Positions 1 through 13,372 of a DNA stretch of 64,000 nt are shown piece by piece. Numbering within the stretch: position 1 is the first letter of the stretch; the number at the start of each line of letters is the position of its first letter. Source of the stretch: Ruditapes philippinarum. Lineage: Eukaryota. The DNA is taken from positions 186,001 through 250,000 of the forward strand of contig NW_026856121.1 of the NCBI RefSeq assembly GCF_026571515.1, written 5' to 3'. The translations under genes were made by a program, and so were the position numbers. The notes below the pieces were generated by a model, which was not told where the DNA came from, made no database searches, and worked only from the letters and a program-made list of their open reading frames with translations.

Positions 1-555
1 TACATGAAGACACCATACTTGAGCGCATTTTATCATAAAAGTCAATGCTCTACATCAATCCTTTTTTCAATTCTACGAAATTTGCGTCAGCAAAAATACC
101 ATAAAAAAGAAACGGGGATAAGATATCTCAGTAATATCTCTTTAACTAAAATACACTTAAAACCAACGTTATATATCCTTATTTTTGTGCAAAAAATGAG
201 CGTACTACATTTCATAATGATTTTCAACCTTACTGAGTTAAAACGTGCCGTGATTTAGCGCAAGAAACACATTGGCAGTAACAAAAGTTATCATAAGAAC
301 TCCAGGACATATTTTGAGTTATCACAAGAACTCCGGGACATTTGAAAAATCGGGTATAAATTTGTTAGCGGGGGCTTTATGTTTGCAATTTTGCAAAAAG
401 ATTAATTTAGCACCTAAAACTCACTTTTTAAAGATGAAAAATACCATTTTTGACGAGTGTTTTTAAAGTATATACAATAGTTTTCCGACGAACTCCATGA
501 CAGTTATCACAAGAACTCCTTGACAAGTTATCATAAGAACTCCATCCCTCGTGTA
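1..555. mobile_element. Terminus of a DNA transposon with subterminal direct repeats
   Basis: 18-bp motif AGTTATCA(C/T)AAGAACTCC at 286-303, 317-334, 502-519 and 526-543. This arrangement is typical of transposase-binding repeats near an element end; the other end is outside the window. Confidence 0.5.
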
Positions 556-2088
556 ACACTTCCTCCCCCGTGGTCGATATAAAATATTACATTTACTATT
601 CTTTAAATGTTGAGCAGACCAAAATTAATCACGAAGTTATTTACAATTGCATTCACATTTACCTAAACATTCAGTACTAATTAACGTTTGCTAAATACAT
701 ATTTCATGTGAACACGCAACCGTAATAACAGCGCCTTTGTGTAGCTTTATAACGGCGATAATTTGCAAGTTGAAACTTGTTTTTGAAGACAAACGTTCGT
801 GTGTTTTACATAATAAAGTGTTCAAGACACAGTTTTATTGACATTTAAAGCAGCACTTAAAATGGCACTTACAATCCGCGTAATTTTAAGCTGAAATATT
901 TTCGGTTTTTAATGAAAAACCAGTATGCTCTTTTATGAAATCAAACATACAAAAAGAAATACATGTAACAGTAGCACAACTAAGTTTAAACTTTACGTAA
1001 TCAAGATTTGAAAAAAAACATTGCATAGTACATACATATATTCTAATCCTTCTGAGCAAGATAAGACAAAAGACTTACGATTGTTTCCTTGTTGATCTTT
1101 GTTCTATTTTTTAAGGTACATGTCAGCCATATACATGTTCATAAAACCATAACAAAGTAGAGAATTACCAACCGGTTTTCTTGCTGCAGTATGCATACAT
1201 GAATATTGATCAGCGCCGTGCAGCGGTAACATGATACATGTTAACAAAAATTCGTCTGCTCTGCTGTGTACATGGCTCTACTTATTTAAAAAAATAGCAG
1301 GCTCAATTATTTGAGCTGTTGTAAAAAGAAAGAGAAAACCAACGTAAAACTACATCTTGTTTTTCTACATACAACAGAATAGTAGCTGATTGTTTATTAA
1401 CAGTTCAAAATCAAGTGTAACACCATAATTAAATATCATTTCGTGAAATGTACGAAACAGATTGCTTACATTTTTTTCTGTTTTTATTCTCTAATTTTGT
1501 TACCTTTACTCTAGTCACTATATTTTAAACGGCACAGTTGCTATTGGGGGTCATTTTGCTATGTAAATCGTCAGGTACCTGTTTATTTATTTTTGAATTA
1601 TCCAAGTCCTAAATACTAGCTGAATGTATGTATATTTTAATTTGAGCGAAAAACTCCAATAAAATGATCATATGAATATTTACATATTATGAAAGAAACA
1701 TAAAACAATATCCGGTAAGTATTTATGTTCAAGAATTTAAAGTTAGTTAAAAAGAAAAATACAAAAATCGAAGTCAAAGAACACAATAAACAATCAGACA
1801 AAGGTAAAGTATATATATTATTCGCTAAATGGTCATATATAAACAAAATTAATATATCTTATAAATTACAAAGCAGAAATGTATTTATTCAAAAGAAATA
1901 CATGTATTTACAAAATCTGCACGCAAAAATTTAGTCATGAATTTTCTGTTTTGTCGTTTCAAGATGATGGTCTAATGCACTTCTCTATGGTGAATTAAAC
2001 TTAAAGCATGTCTTTGTCATATAGCATGTGGCCTCAATCGTATAGTATATAAGTAAGACAGAAGCCAGATGGATGGGGGCAGTTAGAT

Positions 2089-5000
2089 TTATCCTAGATT
2101 ATAGACGAGGAATTCGTTTTTGTCTCTCTGACATACTATCAGCTTTGATCTTTTCTTATCGCACCACAGTGCAGTTGGCCGCTTTGCACCATTCAATTTA
2201 TTGAGGACAGTTCCGAAAATCTTCTCACCATCTGCATCCAAATGCAACACGGTGCTGGACTCATATTCACATACAAGCAGGGTTTTGTCCATTGACAAAC
2301 TTATTCCTCTTGACATCTTTAGCTCCTGTTCTCTTAAGGTAAATAGATGATTACCTTTTCTATCAATGGTTTCGAGACCCCCATAACCATCGACGATAAA
2401 CAGTTTCTCGCCGTCCGCACTTAAGGTCAACTTTGAAAAGCAAACCAATTCTGCATTTGATTTATATAGAAGATGTTTTCCCGATCCATCACTGTTATAC
2501 GTGTACACGAATCCTTCATCAGTAACAAAGAATTTTTTCTTATTGTAAATCAGACCAAGAATGGAATGCTCAAGCTCGAAGCTATTTTCTACTACCAAGT
2601 TGTCCTTGACATTCATTATCTGTATTGTTTTTCCCCATAACCCAACGGCTGCCTGGTTGTTTTCCATATAACACACGTCATATGGTGCATTAGGAAGCTC
2701 AATCTGGGTGACGAAATTAAATGTGCTGTCGAACTTCTTTAGACGTTTGTTGTTTTCATCAATGAATAGAAGGTCTCCATTTGGGAGGGCGCAAATTCCA
2801 TTGATCCAGCATATTGCATCATCAAGTTCCACTCTGGCATTATATTCTTTGACATCTGTCTTAGCATAGTTGATTTTCTCAGCCTGTGTTGTCTGTCTAA
2901 GTCCAGGACATGCTCTATAAAGATATATTATTGTGTAATTTTATCAGAGGGCAATTTCAATAAAAATGAACATTTTTGTATCTAAGATGTAGAAGTTTAT
3001 GTCAATAAAGCAAATATGCAATGGGCATAGATTTACATGGGCATCTGCATTCAGTTTGTGGCACGCAACATTGAAATAATTTGACCGACTTTAGTTACAA
3101 CGTTACGTTGCCATGCAGCAACATTCTGAAGTATATATATTCGAATCGTAATTTGGAACAGTGTGTTCCAATTATGGTGTCTATATGATTTTATAAATGT
3201 AATGTAAGTTATCATCTATCATCGTTTCAATACAATTTGTGAAATTATAGAATCATAATTACTGTTATCGAAATAAATTTAAATATCTGCATAAAATAAG
3301 AAACAAATTAGAATATATTAAAAAAGGACCAAAAATTATTAAAGCGCTGTTCTTTATATTTTGTACATTATATTATCATGTTTCAGCAGATTTGACAATA
3401 AATGAATTTTGTTTCAAACCTGTGATGCCGCAATGCGCAGATATGACAACAAAACTGCTCATCGTCGTTACAAAACATCACGATAGGGTGTGCATGGCCA
3501 GATCTACAGCTCAAATCATCATACGTGCCTATAACCAAACCTTGTTCACCTTTTATAAAAGGTAATTACAACTTTATTTGACAAGAAAAAAAAACAAAAA
3601 CATTCAGTGCAAAAGAGAGATTTATCTCTTACTTTTTTCTCAGGGTAATTAAATCTTCGACAGCGAAGAAGTGCATATACCTTTAATTATATATATTTTG
3701 AAAATGATTACGCAAAGAATAAGAGTGTTTTAAATCATTAAAAAACTGTTACTTTCTGTGTTATCTAAGCTACACGGCAAAGAGCAGAAAGGAATGAAAA
3801 TATTGTTGACTACATTACATGTATTTGTATTAGATTAATTTTGGTATATCTTTAATTGTTCTATGATTAATTTATTTTTACCTCAAATATGTTTATAGTT
3901 TACTTACTCAAATGATTTTCTGTTTCTGTTATACTTGATTCCATTACATGACATTTGACGTGAATGTTTCCTCCAAATTCTTTCTTTAAAGTTTCCGAAA
4001 TGTCGGTAAGTACAGCTTTGAAATCTGACGCAAACAATTTTTTCAGCACCTTCTTCATGGACCGGGCACTGGCACATTTAATATTTAAAAGGACATGGTT
4101 GTATAAGACTTCATGAATAGAGGCTCCGTCAATACTTTGTATGATTTTCGTGAGATTTCGTGCAGCGTCCACCATCGCATCGCTCGTTATCCTGATTACA
4201 TTTGGTCTTTGATTCTGGGCAACTTTTCCAAGGACCACGTGGAAGGCATTTAATAATAGAAGTGTTCCTTTGGTGACATTCTCGGCCTTCTGAGAACGAA
4301 TTTCTATACGTGCCTCAATAACTGGAGAGAGAAAAAGGCATCATAATCATCAAAAATCGTGGACCTTGTTTTTGAAGACTTTGTTTTCGTCCAAGTTTAT
4401 ATCAAGTTTATATTTGTTACTTAGTATATTTATATTTTGAATTTTGATTGTCCAATTTGATGTCACATCGCCTTTTTGATAGCTGTGGACTTTTATTTAA
4501 TCCAACTTTATGTCATACTTTCTTTTATTACTTTGTAAATTAATACTTTTGATAACTTAAAGTTGTTGTCTTTGTTTTAAGCGGACTTTGTTTTGTTGAA
4601 CTTTATGTCACCCGTTCTTTACATACTTTTGAAAGTATATCAGTACTTTAATTTTAAAAACCAATGATAAACGTCTGACGCCGGTTAAGCTTTAGACATG
4701 GAAAATTCTAACAATGTGTTGTGCTCACTGTGACATAATAAGCTGCATCCCAAGTAAAGAGCAAATGTGAATATTGCTATTCATCATATAAATGTTCAGA
4801 CAAACTCGCTTAGAATTCTATCAACATTTGTTTATCTTCAAGAAATATTTTATAAGAGTATCAAAATGATATATTCTTACCAATATTCAAAATACTTATG
4901 AAAAGATGCCCATTGTAGACTCACCCGCATTAATAGACGGACAAACGAAAATAACGAGTTTTTCTTTTTATCAACGAAATATAAACAAAAACTAACAAGA

Positions 5001-5977
5001 ACAACATACCATGCTCATATGCAAAGTCGATACCTTCTTTCAGCCTAGGTTTTGTCAGTGATTCCTCGAACCTTCGCAACATAAATTCGTACTCTGAAAC
5101 GAAACATTAGATAGATCTAAACAGTTATCTAATGTTTTAGGTGATATTGAATCTGAATTCCTTAATAAATTGATTTCTGGATCTGATTAATAACGTCTTT
5201 ATTATTAATATGAAAATATGTTTAAATTGTCCAAGAACGTATAAACACATGTTTGAAGAATGAGAATCAAATTTGCCAAATAAACACACACAAAAATCTC
5301 CAAAACATATTTGACATTAGAAAACCAACATATTGAATACGTTTCGACCCCCTACCTTTCATTTCCTCAATTGGATTCGATGTGTTTTTCTCATGTTTTA
5401 GTCGTTTGGCCTTGACACTGCCATCAATTTCTGCGACCATTTTGTTATCGTATTCATGACAAGCTCTGAGGCGTACCATTAGTTCTGCAATTTCTGCATG
5501 AGCTGAATCTTTTATCAGATCCTGGCATCTGTCATATGTTTCTTGGCCAATTTTCGCAGACAAACTGAGTAGAACCACGACGAGGTCTGACATGTCACGG
5601 GTAAATTCATGCTCCTCGTAGACTGCCAAATATCTATGAATCAGATCATTGCGGGAGTAACCAAAGGACTTTATTTGGATGCGCTCATGAAGGGTCAAAT
5701 CTTGCCCGAAAAGATCTAGAAGAATTTCCGACAGTAAACCAATGTCCCATGATTCTAAATCCGTATTGACGTGACCTTTTGATGGATAGAGCTTCTTAAA
5801 TTGACTATCATGTTTGAACAATTCACGCATATCGTTTTCCTTTGCTGTTAAGATATCAGACAATGATTTCTTACAGGTGTTTAATTCTCTGTTAATCAGA
5901 CTTCTCAGCACAAATGGGACCCCTTCTCCCAACAACAGCATATACCGCAGGTGATGTTCACCCCCGGAAGATGACAT
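2089..5977 (-). CDS. Five-exon gene (~670 aa): DZIP3-like HEPN domain + TRADD-N-like middle domain + C-terminal NHL/SGL-type beta-propeller
   Basis: Hand-built exons (minus): 5977-5341 (alternative donor 5356), 5093-5010, 4321-3904, 3680-3633, 2914-2089. All are GT-AG and phase-compatible; the total is 2013 nt = 671 codons. The N-terminus has QF..LYP...WDIGLL..IL...RNDLIH (HEPN Rx4H at 5636-5653). The last exon has repeated propeller blades (INGICALPNGDLLFID, PYDVC, SRGISLS, RPTALWCD). A splice acceptor at 5995 precedes the ATG; a likely 5'UTR exon donor is at ~9550. Confidence 0.8.
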
Positions 5978-6155
5978 ACTTGTCTTTAAATGTTCTGAAA
6001 ATAATAAAATGATTGGTATATGGGACCCAATCACGTAATGATCGGTTCAGTAAAATCTTTCTACTTCTTTTTTTTTAAATTTTTTACACGATTTATTAAC
6101 AATATAGTCAAGCTCGGTATGTTGTGATAAAGAATTTTCATCATTTTCTGTAGTT

Positions 6156-7480
6156 GGTTTAAACATATTTTATTTAGAATATTTGTACATGTGTAGATAA
6201 CAACATAACAATAATTATAGATTTTGGCCGAAAGCAGAAGCTTATAGAAGCCATTATCTAACAATAACAATCTTCAATGTCTGTGGTGGTTGTAATAAAC
6301 AAGTTACCAAAAAAAACGCATTTGATAATTAATTAATTCGCATTAATGCAAGATTGAAAAGGAAAAATGAAATGTTAATGGTAAGGACAAACTTTTAGTA
6401 AGTTTTGACAAAAATTAAGTAAAAAACTACAGAAAACAACTTAAGAAAAAAAAAACACAAAAAGGAAATTAAAAAAATAAAGATAAGGACAAGAAAAGAA
6501 TATAAGCAGCATAGCAGTAGCAGTCAGACATTATATAAATCGTTTCGTAGAATCAATATAAAGGTATACAGACTTGAAAAGCTCTACGTTTTGGTTGTTT
6601 GAAAGGGAATTAGAACCATGCAAAAGCAGAGTGTGAGTTATGATCAAGGATCTATCCAGCTGTATGATGTTCCTATAGAGGATATCTCGCATATGTTGAT
6701 ACAAAGGACAGTTTAGAAGAAAATGACACACTGTTTCTGTTTGACCACAGGCGCATGTGTTTGATTCGGAAATATTTTTTCGGAAAAGATCATCATTTAA
6801 GGAACTACAGGCAAGTCTTAAGCGAGTATGCAGGATTTGAAGTTTGCGAGGCCCTGTGGTTAAAATAATTAGGGGTTTGTGTGGGTTTGAAAGGAGTCGC
6901 TTGAATTGTTGTAAAGATTCTGATGATTTGTATTCTGAGGGAGCGTGTTCCAAGAACGGATGCTAGACGGGATGAGAGAGTTTTGATTAAAAGGATGTTC
7001 GACATAGATAGGAGGAATATCAGAGGATTTCTTGAAGGTGTATCTTCGTTTTGACGTGTTGGATAAGAGTGTGTAAGTAAGTAGGACCATAAACTATTTC
7101 GAATTTTGTAAATAAAAGACCAGTTTGTGATTACTACGTCGAGTTGATAATGATTCCCATCCTAGTCGTCATAAAATTTTCAAGAGAACAAAGTTTAGTA
7201 GCACCTGTGACTATTCTGGCAGCCTCGTTTTGAATCATATCTAATTCATGCTTTTCGCTAGCTGAACAATTATCAAAAAGTATATCTCCATTACTCTAAT
7301 AATGGACGGACTAAATGTCAAATATAATGTTTCTAATGTATTTCTGTCGAGTGTAAATTTTAGACTACGGAGAATATTGATCCTTGTCCAAGCTTTGTTT
7401 TTAATATATTCTAGATGATTTGACCATGAACAATCGTTTGATAGAACAACTCCTAAATGTTTGTGAGAAGAAGCTTCAAA
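6156..7480 (-). mobile_element. 5'-truncated CR1/L2-type non-LTR retrotransposon remnant (RT C-terminal region)
   Basis: Frameshifted ORFs with the typical tail motifs (HKHLGVV, SFIPSSIRSWN-like, HTRLRLACSSLN, CACGQTETVCHFLLNCPLY). The 3'UTR ends in AATAAAATATGTTTAAACC (minus) at ~6156-6177. It lies in the inferred 5'UTR intron of the HEPN gene. Confidence 0.85.
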
Positions 7481-9784
7481 AATTTTATGTAGTTAAAAAT
7501 TAGCTGTGAAATAAATGAAATAAAATCGATATCTTAGATGCAGAAAAAATTGTAAATAAAAAAAAAATATTCTATTCAAAACAACTTTATTGATCCGGGT
7601 TCTGCTTGACAACGTATTTTGCTAGTACATAAATGAAGAATGTCATATCAGTCGTTCACATATTAGTACATGTACATGTAGTTATTTTCAACAACTTCTT
7701 AAAAAGAATTTATCTTGTAACCGTATCACGAACTTAAACTTTTGGCAGAAACTCACGATAAACAAGTTGTGACGGGTCAATCTCCTGATCAATATAATAG
7801 TAAAAAGGTTATGTTTGGTTTAAACCTCTTGAGATTGGAAAATCAAATAAACAATGGACAACAATCAATAAAGTAAGATTTTCACCAACTGAACCATTAC
7901 ACACATTACCTATGAGGTCACGTTTTATCATCAAAACATTTCAGTCCATTTGAACTTGAGATAAAACACAGCTTTTTATTACATCTCCTATATAATTTAT
8001 CCACTTTTATGAAAACTCATACTAAAATACAGTGATTTAGAATTAAGATCAACATATTTGGTATAATTTATGAATATTTTTCATCAGTTAAATTAATTAA
8101 GAAATTTTTAAGTGTTGTCAAAATAATCGTGCATTTAATGTTTGGCTGCTTAACTAAGGAAAATCGCCAGTCTTTATTTAGATAGTGTTATTAATCTTAA
8201 ATATAAGACAGCACCAATAGAAATATTTGTTTAATAGCGATCCATATTTGAAAATGACGTTGATCTATTATAAATGACGATAGTTCATTCTAATTCTGAA
8301 TGACCTAAGTCCTCATCAGTATCTGTCAGTTGTGATTCTATGAGCGACCACATACATCCTCATAAGCACCGGACTGTAGCTTCTATTTATTCTACCACTT
8401 TATCTGAAGACTACAACCACAAGTTGAAACAAAAGTTGTCAACATTTACTTGTGTTTAATTGAAAATTAATTTACTAATTTGGCACCAATTAAGAACAGT
8501 AGTTACTGTAATATTCCTATAGTAAATCGTAATATAATACGATTCATAACTCGGATAAATTTTTTTTGTTATAACTGCTATGAACATAAACAATATTAAT
8601 GTCCTTTTTGATGTATATATTGTACAAGTACAACAATAACAAAAGAAGTCATAATTAAGAAATCTGAGACAAAAGTTATAGTATCCAAATCGTATCAATT
8701 TACTACATGGTTGTTTTCAATAAAAATTAGTCGAGCGGTATGTTAAACAAGGTTGTAATTTTTAATTGGTGATCGATCAATGACATATATCCGATATGGT
8801 GACAAAAATAAAATATTTAAAATAGATTTTAAGTCTGTAATGTTTACTCTTGTAATGTATTAAAATTTCAAATTACATATATTTGATATGGTATTATTGT
8901 TTTGTTTTACAAATCAGTTATATATACTTACATTGTATAATTTATTAGAGAACATTATTATATAGAATCATTAAAAAAGACATTAATTTTTGTTATTGAA
9001 AATCAATGTTAATGTAATTATAGACCTGTACCGTACATTTATAGAACTAAATGTATTACAATAAACACTTTAAAATAGAACCTGTAACAATTCTTATTCG
9101 GTAACAAAATGTCATGGTATTGCTTTAATCGCGGACAGATTATTATTTAAGAAATAAATGAAGAAAACAATAAACGCTCGTCTATCTTCATTATTGTAAA
9201 TGCAACTTGCTAACATTTATGCTTTTTTAAATAGCAAAACTAAACCATATCAATTCTGAATAATATACAATATATGTAAAAAGTAAAACTCTTAATGATC
9301 ATTTTCGATCAAGAGTCAGTTTGTCAGTTACGGCATTTAGTAGAAAGACTCTAGCAATCATCTCTAAATAGTAATTAATGACTGATATAAATCATTCTCA
9401 ACTTTTCAAATCTGTTGTTTTTAATTGCAAAAAGTATTTATGTATTTCATATAAATTATAAGTATTGATGATATCATTTTTTAAAGACACCTTGTAATAT
9501 CAACTTATATATCATCACTTTAAGACAAATGGAATAAATATTTCTTACCTGATCTGGTCTTACAAAGACCTCTCAATCCAATTAAGGCTATGCACTTCAC
9601 TAAATATTGTTATAAACACGAGATGGGAATAAAGTGTGAATGATCTACGAAGAGATTGTCCATAAACAGTTCAGTTTTAAAAATAGTTTAGTTTAAAAGT
9701 TTATATTGATCAAATCAATACCTGTTGAACGATTAAAAACGTTAGCATTTCACGATATTATACAAATAGATCGATCGTTCGAGT

Positions 9785-10108
9785 ACAGAAGTGACGTGAT
9801 AAACGCGACTTGTTTACAGCATTCTCCCGTTTTAAAAGCAGTGACTATCTATCTATTTTGAAAGTTATTATAAACACGTAAATACGCTAGAGTGTGCTTT
9901 CAATTGAGCTTTATTTAAAATGGTTAAAAGGGTAGCTAACTTAAAGGGACTTCACTGAGGTTTTTTGACAGAAGTGACGTGATAAACACGACTTGTTTAC
10001 AGCATACTCCCGTTTTAAAAGTAGTGACTATCTATTTATTTTGAGAGTTTCGATAGAGTGTGCGTTCAATTGAGCTTTGTTTGAAACGGTTAAAAGGATA
10101 GCTACCTA
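9785..10108 (+). repeat. Local direct duplication (~150 bp x2)
   Basis: ACAGAAGTGACGTGATAAAC...CAATTGAGCTTT...AGCTA at 9785-9941 and 9968-10108. Confidence 0.85.
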
Positions 10109-10434
10109 AATATAAATAATTATAAGAACATGAAACAAGACCAAGAGAAGCAATTAATGAATCTGTTTATTCTAGAGTTAATCAGTCGTGCATAAAGCGG
10201 TAAACAAATTTTATCCTTCACTGTTGTAACATTTGCTAGAAAACTTATTCACTGAAAGAAGACTTCAAATAATTGTTCAGTTCAAATAATTGTACACGTA
10301 TCGAATTTATCTAATTTAAACATTATGTATACCATTCTACAATCGAACATATTTGCTATCTTCTTTTGTTTGTTTTGTTTGTTATTCATACGATCGAGTT
10401 TATGATTGTTCGATTATGAAGTTATTTTATATAA

Positions 10435-10660
10435 ATTTTGGGTGGCTTTTACGTCTTACCAACACAATATAGGTCATAATATTATGGCGTCTTTCCAGCT
10501 TTACTGGTGTAGGAACACCTCAAGTGGATTATTTCAGGCACGAACGTGCGCCTGAGTAAAATAGCGACGTTCATGAAAGAATCCATAGTCTCTGTCAGGA
10601 TTGCACCCACATTGGTAAGGTGCAAGTGGTTTGAAATGAACGACCTTAACCACTCGGCCG
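10435..10660 (-). mobile_element. tRNA-derived SINE (degenerate)
   Basis: Minus strand starts GGCCGAGTGGTTAAGGTCG (A-box), has a decayed B-box GGGTGCAATCC, then a SINE body ending GTTGGTAAGACGTAAAAGCC. Confidence 0.7.
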
Positions 10661-11515
10661 AGAGATTGTGAAGAAAGCTAAAGGTAAGATACTCACTGTC
10701 GAATTGGTTCCTAATAATTAACAACAGGCTTAAAGAAGCAACAACTTTCCCATGACAAGGTTGGAAACTAAGCTTTTATTACTAAGTAATTCAACGTTTG
10801 AAGGAAATATGGTTTATTTGTTTGCACATAAAATGCAATATTCATAAAGTTTTTCCGGTCAAAGGCCGGTCTGTTTTCAGATTGACCTCCTGTAAAATTT
10901 ACAGGAAAGAACTGAATATAAGACGAGTATTCATTGGTCATTTTAAAATTTCAAAAATGAAACTGGGGAATCTCATTGGCCATTCTAAAATAAAATGTAA
11001 ACGATAGTTCTAAACAATAATGTAAAGGTATGAAATAAAATGTAAATGATAGTTCTAAAATAAGATATACAGCACAGGTCTTTAACTTTCTAGTTAAATT
11101 GCTCAGATACTTACGTTCTGTTTAACAATACCTCTTGTATTCAGGTCTCATTACATTTTTAGTGAACAGTTTATTTTATGTAAGAACTTAGTGAGTTTAT
11201 TTTACACAAGAGATCTAAGTTTTAAATTTTGTCCAAAATAATGTAAATAATATCAAAAATTATCAGGAACGATTAGTTTATGATGTTCAATAAGTGTTTA
11301 ATATTTTATATGATTACTAATGTGTTCAATTAATACACTGGTTATAATTATTATATTTTTTGCATGTTAATCAAGTATTTTTAAAAAAAAATTGATTTAC
11401 CGACTGCGTAGGTGTTGGTGTTAGAAACTGAGTTCACTTGCCGAAACACGACAGGTTTGTTTAGAAACATATACTTCTTAAAGTGTTCATTTTTCAAGAT
11501 TAATAAAGTAGACTG

Positions 11516-12222
11516 AAATAGGAATCCCTATAGAAAGCCCAACGCGACAAAATTGAAAATGTTGCAGGCCCGATTTGATTGAGCCTGTTCATGGACGGAA
11601 CTGTCAAGTGCAAATACCGTCCACGCCCCCTAGCACCGGCTTAAACAAAATTCAACATTAAACATGAACTGGTAAAATTTAGAATTTTTAATCATCCGCA
11701 GATGTGCCCATATGGCGCTTATCATGGAACCTTCACTGTAACACGTTAGTGCCATTCCATGAAAAGCGGCATATGGTCCCCAGGTAAAAAAAATGCGTGT
11801 GCCCTAAACGAAAAAACAATGGGCGGAACTAAATAAAATGGAATTTTGAAAGGGGATCTGAGGTTATGAAGCCTGCATATCACAGATATAACGTCAAAAG
11901 ACAAATTTAAAAAACAGGCCTCATATCCTAAGGGTGATTCAACAGTATTCAAGTGAGGAATACTGGAACCACTCAACAAGAAAGATGCCGAATAGAAAGA
12001 ACTAAAATACCACAAGCACAACAATAAAGTCGTGCTGAACGATCTTTAAGGATCGGAAATATAACATCCCTGATTGAATATACAGAGTGACTTTTTACAG
12101 CCTCCACACGGCACAAACAACGCTGATGTGGCGATAAAATAGAGTGAAATAAGAATCCCTAAAGAAAGCCCAACGCGGCAAAATTGAAAATGTTGCAGGC
12201 TCGGTTTGATTGAGCCTGTTCA
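11516..12222 (+). mobile_element. Non-autonomous element: ~500-bp core flanked by direct copies of a ~130-bp hairpin-forming repeat
   Basis: The repeat is at 11516-11642 and (truncated) 12146-12222. The core plus repeats recur in inverted orientation at ~58855-59405. Confidence 0.6.
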
Positions 12223-13372
12223 ACCCTACAAGAAATTATTATGTAATTATTATGTAAGCTATGCTAATATTTCTATATGACTTTGCATGGAAAACATAGA
12301 AATAACATATACAAGTGAACCAGTTTTACTTCGGCAGACAAAACAGCTAGAAATACAATATTTTTAAAGTTATTTTTATTAGTAATCAGCATTTTCTTTT
12401 TACTTTTTGTTATCAATTTTGACCTATGCATTTTTTTCAATCTAATTAAGTTCTTCAAAATAGTTATATATATAATAGTAATACAATAACAAACAAGATG
12501 GGAGAAGAAGTTTTGATTTCATTTTCACGAGGTGTTTAAATAGTTCAATAAAAATCAAATTGGAATTTATGTTCTAAACTTTTATCATTTCAAGGTTAAC
12601 GTTATATATACCGATATTACTATATATTTTTTTTAATTTGACATCTGTTTTTTAATTCTGCAACTTTATTTGGCGTCTATTTCGTGTAACCATCGAATGA
12701 CAGGAGACGTAAATCAGTTTTCCTGAAGCCATTTTTTTCTACTGTGTATAAAGGGGTAATCCCTTGGAAGGCAATGAAAACAACCATAATATGTGAAAAT
12801 TGCAGAGTCAGTTCGAGTTTGTTCATGAGAAATAATGCAATGTGCAATGTTCATCTGTCACAAACCCTAACACCAGCATAAGGGATTATTCAGTCTTCCA
12901 CACTAACGTCCTGGAAACAATGATTCCGAAGGACAAGAAAAACATGAACAAAGGAATTGAAGTACGGGGCTACGTTTAACAGCTGCCACAATTCACTTGA
13001 TACCTTCTGTTGTGAATAATAAAAATCTGGAAATGGAGTAAGGAAAGGAGAAAGTTAACGCTGTTCTGCTGTAACTTTAAAGTTCCACAATTGGGATAAT
13101 TAAGTCCATTTCTTTTAACATTAAAAATTGAATCATTACTCCTCGACATTGAAGATTGGATAATGACTGCTAAACAAGCGCATGACAGAGATGATGGGTA
13201 AGAGAAATGTGAAAGTAGTATTGCCTTAGAAGAATTAGATACTTTGCAAACGATTATTGACAATATCAATTATAGCAATGTAACACCACTCTTTAACGCA
13301 GAAACCCATTGACACCTCATACTTTTCCATTTATATCTCGTATTCAGGACTCATTTATTTATAACAGTATTA

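Noticed and set aside
8295-8445. Hammerhead ribozyme cores (CTGATGA on minus at ~8315; CTGAAGA...GAAAC at ~8405)
   Set aside because: The first lacks GAAA after stem II; the second lacks a properly closed stem II/III.
12690-13310. Coding-like plus-strand stretch with CENC motif
   Set aside because: Many stops and frameshifts and no family I can assign.
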